From contig CM097885.1 in the NCBI GenBank assembly GCA_044892525.1, positions 36,086,001 to 36,150,000 of the forward strand: a DNA stretch of 64,000 nt, written 5' to 3'. The notes under the pieces were generated by a model. It was not told where the DNA came from and did not search any database. It saw only the letters and a program-made list of their open reading frames with translations. Of the stretch, positions 55,578 through 64,000 are shown piece after piece (the stretch's first letter is position 1; each line of letters starts with the position of its first letter). The stretch is from Schmidtea polychroa. Lineage: Eukaryota. The position numbers were made by a program, and so were the translations under genes.

Positions 55578-55599
55578 ACCAGATCTTTTGCTGATATCG

Positions 55600-56185
55600 T
55601 AGATGGGTTTTGATATCCATGCCATTTGTTTATCCTTACCAACCGTTTTACTTTTCATTATTTTCTGGATTCTAAACACTGTAGATGATAGGATAACTTG
55701 TAATTCCTGCTCATAAAACTTTCTTTGTACAATATTTTTATCATAGTCTTTAACATACATAACCGGATACTGTTTCAAATTAACTTTTCAAATTACAAAG
55801 ACTTCACACAAATTCTTATCGGAATTTTTAATGAATGGTGATGCATTAATTTTTTTAATTCTAACATGAACACAGATTTTATATTTTGGTTTTTCAATTT
55901 TTACAACTTTTTTAGAAAGAAATGATTTGGTTGAACTTTCGACGAAATATCATCCGATCTCAATTCATCCCGACCTTGATGCGATGAATAATTATAGCTA
56001 TTTATAATATTCGGCAAAACAAGTATTTAATTACCTTGGTGTACGAAATATTTCTTCGATCTATCTCTCTATGTTCGATCAAATCTCTCGACATGGACGG
56101 CTTTGTATTGAGAATGTACCGAGTAATGATTTATTTTGTGACGATCCAGGATTGGCTTTATTTTACTATAGTAAAACTCATTCCC

Positions 56186-56223
<38 letters not shown>

Positions 56224-56243
56224 GGGTTCGTCAAAATCTTCTC

Positions 56244-56310
<67 letters not shown>

Positions 56311-56930
56311 TTCAAAATATATATGATTATAAGAACTTTTTTTCCAATTTCACCACTGACTTCTTTTCCTTTGTATTTATTAAAAAGAGCTTGAAGACTA
56401 TAAATCAGTAATTAATAGTCTTCAAGCTGTTTCTAAAAAATATATTTGGCCATTACAGGGTTTTGAAGTCTATTTGGTTTTTTTTCAAATCAATTTGGTT
56501 TTATTTATATTTTTTCAAATCAATTTCTATTCAATTTGGTTTTTAGTCAAATCAATTTGGTTTAGATTACATTTACACGTAGTTTAAAAGTTTTACATAA
56601 GTCAAAAACGTCAACATTTTAATCAACAATACTTAATCCCTGAATCGAAATTTTTGAATACGATATCATCTATCTCAAATCCATTTGCCATAAATTGTCA
56701 ATACCGAAGGTTTTATATGCTCTTGTCGGAAATCTTTTAAACATTGGCTTGTTCAAACTTTACGGAAGCTGTCCTGCTAACCAATTCAAGGTTTCTGCTC
56801 ACGAATTTGAAACTCGTTTTTTTAACTTTGCCACTCTACCGAAACCTGCTTTGTCTTCTGGGTTTCGGTGGAACTTTGATTTTAATATTCTTTCTAATAC
56901 TTTTTCCAAGATTTTTAACTCGTGCTTTAA
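55600..56930 (-). pseudogene. Polinton/adintovirus retroviral-like integrase with chromodomain-like tail, decayed and interrupted
   Basis: RNPEDKAGFG...WLAGQLP*SLNKPMFKRFPTR...DNLWQMDL; after a gap at about 56190-56600: GNEFYYSKIKPILDRHKINHYSVHSQYKAVHVERFDRT, LPNIINSYN, FYEQELQV...FRIQKIMKSK. Confidence 0.88.
56188..56308. repeat. (TAA)n microsatellites interrupting the integrase
   Basis: Direct reading. Further (TAA)/(TTA) tracts occur at about 48150-48201, 57563-57600 and 63806-63848. Confidence 0.97.
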
Positions 56931-56944
56931 AAAACATTATTAAT

Positions 56945-57480
56945 CAAAAATATTTTCAACTTTGTTTATTAACCATGGATCTTTCTTTGTTGAAAATATG
57001 AGTTTTCACATGTAAATCATCAGGACATTGTTGTGTGAAATTAAGAAATATATGCCCATCTTGCAATTTGTAGCATCTGGAAATGTAGTAATTAGAAAAT
57101 TACGACTATTCGAATATGCTTGTCTTCAAGAAAATCAATAACATTTGCATCTCTAGGATTCTTGAAAACAAATAAATATTGAACATTCAAATTCCGTGTT
57201 CGGTGTGTACCATCCTGATGAAACAGGTTTTGAATTATAACAATAACGGTAACACTAACATGTCTAATGGTTTTGGTGAATAAATTATTAAAATTCTTTT
57301 CTTTAATGGCTTCTTGGTATAAATCATAGATAATGATTACATTGGCTTACTTTAACCGACTTCACCAGTTTTTATCAAATACCTTTACTATTTTCATATT
57401 TTTCAATTTACAGAAATAATTTTGAAGCAATTTATGTTTTTCATTTGCAATGAATGTTGTTGAATTTTGTTTTAAATAAT
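56945..57480 (-). pseudogene. Polinton/adintovirus A32/FtsK-like packaging ATPase, decayed
   Basis: NVIIIYDLYQEAIKEKNFNNLFTKTIRHVSVTVIVIIQNLFHQDGTHRTRNLNVQYLFVFKNPRD shows the Walker B, RH, QNLF and FKNPRD motifs. Walker A was not found. Confidence 0.9.
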
Positions 57481-57561
57481 TGAGATTTTAATAACTTATA
57501 AACAAACAAAGTTTTATATTATTCGCAGTAAAAGGCTTAAATTATTATTTAATTGTTTTAA

Positions 57562-57601
<40 letters not shown>

Positions 57602-60458
57602 TAGTTATTACATATATAATAAAACAATATTAACGTATAATAATAGGAATCATAATAATTGCATAAATGTAGAAATGAGTCATAAATAGAATAGGAATGC
57701 ATCAAGCGCGCAAATTAAATAACGACAAATTACTTAAATTTTATTGGATAATCAATATCTTCGGAAGGTCATAAAAACTCATTACCATATTATGTAGGTC
57801 ATAACTCCCAATGAACAAGAAAAATTTAAGCTCTGAAAAACTAAAAGTTGTTGAATAGCTTGTGCAACCTGGCCGGATGTATTTTTTAAAATAAGAAATC
57901 AATATGAAATTCGTAAATCCGATCATACTACGTCAAACTCAATTTCAATTCTCAGCAGGGAAACTTAATTTAAAACTATTGATGAAGTTTTCAGGAAGAT
58001 GGATTCGAATCTAAAATGCAATCAATGTGTTTCTTCAATAATCGATATGCAAGATATTATGATGACTTTGCAGAAATTAGCTTTAAGGGACAAGAAAACT
58101 GGTATCTAACAATTACGATTCAAGAATAAAAAGTCGATAACAATAATTTATTTTCGCCTATTTGGAACATTACAAGTTCTTGAATTGCACAATTATTCTA
58201 ATAAATGTTGTTAAATGTTAATAAATGTATTTTTGTTTGTCTTTATTTGACATAGAAATAATAATAATAATTACACAAAGACATTGCAACATGACCGCAA
58301 ATCAAATACAATATAAATGAAAACTTTAGCAATGACATGCTATAAAAAAGTCATAATAAAATTAAAAAAGGATAATAATGTCGTCAGAAAAAGGTAAAAT
58401 AGAAGTATTTAATAATCTGTTAATTTTGATTTAGAAATTTTAATCAACTTCTTATTTGAAAAATTAGAGGAAATAATTGGTGTAAAAATTAGAGAAAAAA
58501 TTACAGTTTCAGAGGCATTGGATCAAAAATTAGAATCATGTAGCGATTCAGGAATAAATGAATATTCTCAAGTTAATGAAGAAATTTTGTCAGATGTTGA
58601 TGAAACTGTAAATGAACCTAAACATAAAGACATTGAACAAAATGAATGTAATAATTTTCTAGATTTTACTGATCATATTGTAGAAAATATAATGAAAGCA
58701 ACCTGTGGAGATGAAGACTCTTCATTTATTAATCAATAAATCTTAAGCTTAATTATATTTATTTGAATTAGAACAACAACGAAATTAAACATTTATTATA
58801 ATTTATGATAAAGTTTATCACAAATATACAAAGACAATAATCATGAAGACAGTTTGAAAATGTTTTTAAATATCCAAATATTTTCATTGGAATTGTTGTT
58901 TGTAACGCCATTGTCACCAGTGTAATCCATCCATCTTTAAGTTTACCCATGAAGCAATTTTCGAATCAATAATCTAAATAATAATAATAATATTAACAAT
59001 AAATTTAAAACTAAAACAATATACCTCAATAGACTAATTGAAGAAAATTTTAACTGTTGGATTATTTATACTAAATTTAGTCAATCAAAATCGAAATAAA
59101 TACAGTTGCGTGATTAACAAAGAACATGTGCAATGCAAATGTATAATTAATAATTTGTTGAATAAGAGTATACCTGTACAGTTATATAATTTTGACCGTC
59201 CAAAAACCCTTGAACGTGACCCTTGCAATACCATTGCAAAAACTTAGATCATCACAATAAACCTTGAGAAACACCCTTCCAAATGAGCCATTGATCGCTG
59301 AAATACTGTATCAGAAACTTTCAAAAATCAACTTTGACTTAGCGGGGCCCTTCTTTTAAAGTCGATTTTGACCTGCATAATTTTTATACGAATTTTCGAT
59401 TCTTAAAAGTGGTTGGACTATCCCTTATTTTTTGCCCATTTTACACATGCACATATACAGCCAGTTTTTACTACCCCCGATGTATATGAATTTCTTACTT
59501 GAACTACTTTGAGTTAGACTATTTATTAAAACTATATACCATGTGTGTATTTGACCTACTTTGAGTTAGCGGGTCCCTACTTTTAAGTACGATTTGACCT
59601 ACATAAAAACTCTAAAAAATGTCATGTAAAATCCTTAAAAATCGAAAAAACCATGAGATTTGAGTTGATCTACATAAAAATACTAGGAATTTTAAAGGGA
59701 AAATTCTCAGAATAGGGGTATGTGAGCTAGCAGGCCCTAATCCATCTACTTCTATGTTTTAAGTGTTTGTTAGCATTTATTTGTTTATGCAAAAATATGC
59801 TAATTTATTATAACAAAATTAGAAAATCACGACGAAGAATAAATTAATCACGTTTGCATTAATGCAACGTTGGTCAACCTACTGGAAATAGAATCAGAAA
59901 ATAAAATATCGTTATTGAAGTGAAATAAATTATTTGATTTTGCTTTAGCCTCCTCGAAATTATCATTTAATGGGATATAAATATGAAAGAAACTGTAACT
60001 TGATGGGACTGAACAATTCTATCTATAAATTCAGCTCGTTATATGACACAATTAAAACCAACATAGATTTTGTTCATTTCCAAGAAATTGGGGACGTTTA
60101 ATGTTTGGTGGATAGTGAATAGTCCAAGTTATAACTGGGTTTCAGATTATCACGTTCATATGCAGCCACTGAAGGAAAAATGAACTATTTCTATAGCTAT
60201 CAATTGTGGATTCAAAATATCTCCCTGAAATTAATTTTAATTCGGCTAAATAGAACACTCAATTAGTTCGGGAACTAAGTAGAAATTGAATTAAAATTTA
60301 AGAAAATGCGTAAAGAAATTTTATAGAAAAATAATTCGAAACAATATATTAAAGAAAACTCCTTCCACTGTCGTTCTAGGATCGTCTACATTTAGTTAAA
60401 TGCCTTTTACATACGAATGATATTATTTTCAAACAGGTGTGATTCCGGACAGTATAAT

Positions 60459-60947
60459 TAGGGGTGGGGAACCTGCGGCCTTTAGCCTGCATGCAGCTTC
60501 CCGGGGCTTCATGTGCGACCTAGGAGCCTTATCGAAATAAATCTTAATTTATATAAAGTACCTTGAATTTTGAGGATTTACAAATAAAAATACTTTTAAC
60601 TATTGAGCTGTATATATACCGTACTGTACAAGCATCCCGCCGAGTACACAGAACGAAATATAAAAGTCAATCATTCACACCCATAAATACAAATCGAATG
60701 TAGAAGATTAAATAAGATTATTGAGCACTCATTTGTGAAATAATGACTTATTTGCATCAATTTTTCGATTCAGAAATAATAAAAATTTTCCAGAATATTT
60801 CGTACAGCTGCATATTTTCAAATCTGGAGACTAAACAAATTATTTAAAATGAAATTAATTAATGTTAAAATACTTTTTGACTGCGGCCCCATTTGGAGGC
60901 GACAAATTTCAATGTGGCCTACGGAAATAAAAGGTTCCCCACCCCTG
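60459..60947. mobile_element. hAT/Charlie-type MITE
   Basis: TIRs TAGGGGTGGGGAACCT / AGGTTCCCCACCCCTG; GTATAA duplicated on both flanks; subterminal TGCGGCC motifs. Confidence 0.88.
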
Positions 60948-61489
60948 GTATAACCATTGCCACTGCCAGTGGCAGATCATATGGCAGAACCACCATGCAT
61001 TATATTTATATTTATATTTACATTTTTTAAATTTATATTTATATTTACACACAATGATTAATTGGCAGAACCCAAAAGAATTCTTTGATAATAAAATATA
61101 AATAAAATTTAAAATCGCATTTTAGGCAATTATTATAATTTTACGAATATTTTTTTACACCTTGTTAAGGTGGTGTTGTCAGAATATTTTTTGAAGTTGG
61201 TGCCAAACTACAAAAATAAATAATATATACAATGGCGGATTATGCGGTAAGCGAACTAAGTGGTCGCGGAAAGCCATGCATATAAAGGGCCCCAAAAAAT
61301 GGCATATTATATTAAAGTATTTTCTTAAAAATTGTTTGATAACTATTGTATTCAATTTCAGAAACGTAATTTTGAAAAAACAGATAGTAAAAACTATATT
61401 TTCTAGAGGTTTCGTCGCTAGATAACAAAGTTGTTGTTGCGTTACTTTAAGGCTACACGTTTTTACTTGGCTTTTGTAATACGTGCAAA

Positions 61490-63230
61490 CAGGCCTGTAC
61501 CGTCGGGGGGGGCAGGAGGGCCCGGCCCCCCCCCCAAACGCAAGTCTGGTCCCCCCAAATAAAAAAACGGACATGAATAAAAAATTACATTCAATATGTT
61601 TGATAAAAGAAAAATTGCTATCGTGCACACATGCATTGACATGGATGTGCATGAGTTGCACATGTAGAGGCTTATGTAGTGTGGACGTTGGTAGGATGTT
61701 CCATCTATCTGCCTCACTGGAAGAGACTGGCATGTGAAGTCGGTGGCGTGGGTAGGGTGCGTGCTGTCTGTCTTTCCTGCCTCACAGGCAGTAACAACGC
61801 ATGGAGGCATGATTGAGTGTCAGAGCACGGAGTGGGTGCATTGTGGACACTTGCAGACGACTCAGGCAATAACAACTAATTATGATACAATTGTGAATTT
61901 GCTTGAGATGTGTTCTAGTAGACATTCTCACTTTTCAATTGATATTCAATTGGAAGCTACTGGACTCTTGCATCGAGTCAATGAAGTGGAGTTTCAGTTC
62001 ATTGCACACATGGTGCTCTCATTGCTGACTATCCTTGAAACAGCCAACAATAGCTTGCAGGGTCAAGCAATAGACCTTTCTTCAGCATGTGATGTTATGG
62101 ATGCCGTCATAGAGCGCATTCGCAGCCTACGCAATGAAGAGGAATTCCAAGTTCTTTTTGGGAAATTCGAAGGTCAAATGGATATGGAACAGACACCAAA
62201 AAGAAGAAGAACTCAGATGAACACAAAATTAGACAACTTCATTGTTTCGGATCTGTGGGACAGCCAGAACACCAGACCTTGCCTATCAGATGCGCATATC
62301 GCCAGATGTATTACGAAGTCGTTGATAGGACTCTGCAGGAACTAACAAAACGCTTCGGTGTCACCAACAGAAGCCTTTATAAGTCTCTTGCATGTTTGAA
62401 GACTGATTACGCAAACTTTTTGAATATTGAGGATCTAAAGACTTTAGCGACACTGTGTGGCGTGGACCTAAGCGAAACCCAACATGAATTTGAAACTGCA
62501 AAGGTTTTCCTATTGAAGAGAGCCAGTACTGTGACAAACGTTCATCAGTTAGTGCAAGAATTGTACTCATACCGAGATGCTTTTCCATCTGTCTATCGTC
62601 TTGCAGCTTCTGCACTGACAATCGGTGCTTCAGCTGCCACATGTGAGGCGACTTTCAGTACTTTATCTCGTGTCTTAACTCCCTTTCGTACGTCGATGAG
62701 CCATTCTCGTAAAGCCAACCTTGTATTGCTCTCATTTGAAAGTGACATCAGTAATAACATCAAATCTGATGAGTTTCTTCGGCGGTTTCATGAAATGAAA
62801 AATCGTTGACTGCAGCTATTTTGAGTCATGTCAATATCTCACACACGTAATTTCTTTTTTCTGGATCTAGTTCCTATGTAATTTCTATTGCACTCACCTT
62901 TAGTTTTCAAATCTGTGTGACTGTGTGTTCCGTCTTTGTATGTCCAATTGTCCGTCGTGCAAATACATGCAGCTATTTGTTTTTTGTGTTTGTTCCTAAA
63001 AAATGTGCGAAAATCATTTCCTATATACTAGTATATGCAATTATGTAGCAAAATAATGCTCAGACAAAATGTCGATTTTGCTTTCCTTTTTTTAAATTGA
63101 ACATTTCGGAGTGCAAAGTGTGAGTAGTGACTAGTCTGTTTTCATAAAATACTTAGTTTACACGAGAATTACTGGCCCCTTTAATGAGAGTCTGGGCCCC
63201 CCCGTCAAAAGGTGTCACGGTACGGGGCTG
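61490..63230 (+). mobile_element. hAT element (Tip100/ZMYM1-like transposase C-terminal half), internally deleted
   Basis: Perfect 8-bp TSD CGTGCAAA; TIRs CAGGCCTGTACCGT / ACGGTACGGGGCTG. Confidence 0.93.
61840..62809 (+). pseudogene. hAT transposase C-terminal half, frameshifted at about 62255
   Basis: Two overlapping ORFs: EATGLL...F.FIAHM...LQGQAIDLSSA and YYEVVDRTLQELTKRF...FPSVYRLAASALTIGASAATCEATFSTLSRV (hATC dimerisation domain). Confidence 0.88.
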
Positions 63231-63803
63231 CGTGCAAAAATGAACGTTTTGTGCATGTTGTATAATATAAAACTAAAAGAAATTATTATTATTATTTCAT
63301 TTTTTTGTAAATTGTTATTGTTTACCTTTAAATAACGAAATAAAATTAAAATATACAATTACAAAATACCACCGCCCTTATAAACTGGATAAACTTATTG
63401 TGAAAAGTTTTATTGCAGTGTTGCATTGGTAAACTAACTTAGTTTAACTAAGGTAATATAAACATTATTTTAAATTTGATAATAATATAAATGTTGCTTT
63501 AAAATTTAAATTAAACTTGAATACAGTGACAAAAAGAAAATTTTACTGTTATAGTAAGCAAACATGCCTATCCTTATTTGCAGTATTGCAGTATCATCAA
63601 TGTTGTCATAACTAAAAAATTATTTATAAGTGTTAAACAAGTCAATGATAATATAAGCCAATATGATACGGACTAATTTTATAATCTAAATATTTTCATT
63701 TTATTCAATATATACCTTGGTGCTAAAGGTTTATATTATCATTTACTTGTTTAACATCTAATTAATGCTGCTACTAAGAGATCAGCACTTTATATTATTA
63801 ATG

Positions 63804-63848
<45 letters not shown>

Positions 63849-64000
63849 CACTAACGAAATATGATTGCTAGCTGTAACCACGTACTGTTTGACTTTCAGT
63901 TTACTTTAATTTTTATTTAATGCAAGTTTTCAGCATTTTCCTCCTTTTTCATGCTTTATAATTTTAATTATCTCTAAATTTCCAAGTTCTTTAGTTTTAA

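Noticed and set aside
58380..58950. Short acidic and hydrophobic ORFs near the Polinton remnant
   Set aside because: Could be Polinton accessory remnants, but no recognisable motif; left uncalled.
61680..61810. THAP-like start MPPCVVTAC on the minus strand of the hAT element
   Set aside because: Needs a frameshift, lacks a convincing C2CH completion and is antisense to the transposase.

Overview
Very AT-rich eukaryotic (animal) genomic DNA. Short 44-75 bp introns alternate with multi-kb transposon-filled introns. The TE mix (hATm/hATx, Polinton, Penelope, piggyBac, MULE) resembles planarian-type genomes, but the species cannot be established from sequence alone. Two spliced host genes can be reconstructed exon by exon, arranged head-to-head: FICD/HYPE AMPylase (minus, 5 exons, 6690-18550, 467 aa) and a compact catalytic-domain-only USP deubiquitinase (plus, 12 exons, 25560-51177, 320 aa). 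An intronless divergent Yippee-family ORF lies at 54301-54660. Most of the remainder is nested mobile DNA: a TTAA-flanked piggyBac with an intron-containing transposase, solo LTRs, several hAT elements, MULE and pogo derivatives, a non-autonomous Helitron, Penelope remnants and an 18S rRNA fragment. Highlights: (1) decayed Polinton/adintovirus genes at both ends of the window, on the same strand and in complementary order; (2) a perfect minimal type I hammerhead ribozyme in a USP intron; (3) a recurring GC-rich motif (CGCGTCTGTGTG) about 200-240 bp upstream of short ORFs, one of which is an intact antisense passenger ORF inside a hAT element; (4) a possible duplicated alternative last exon of the USP. 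All family calls come from motif recognition by eye; no database search was run.
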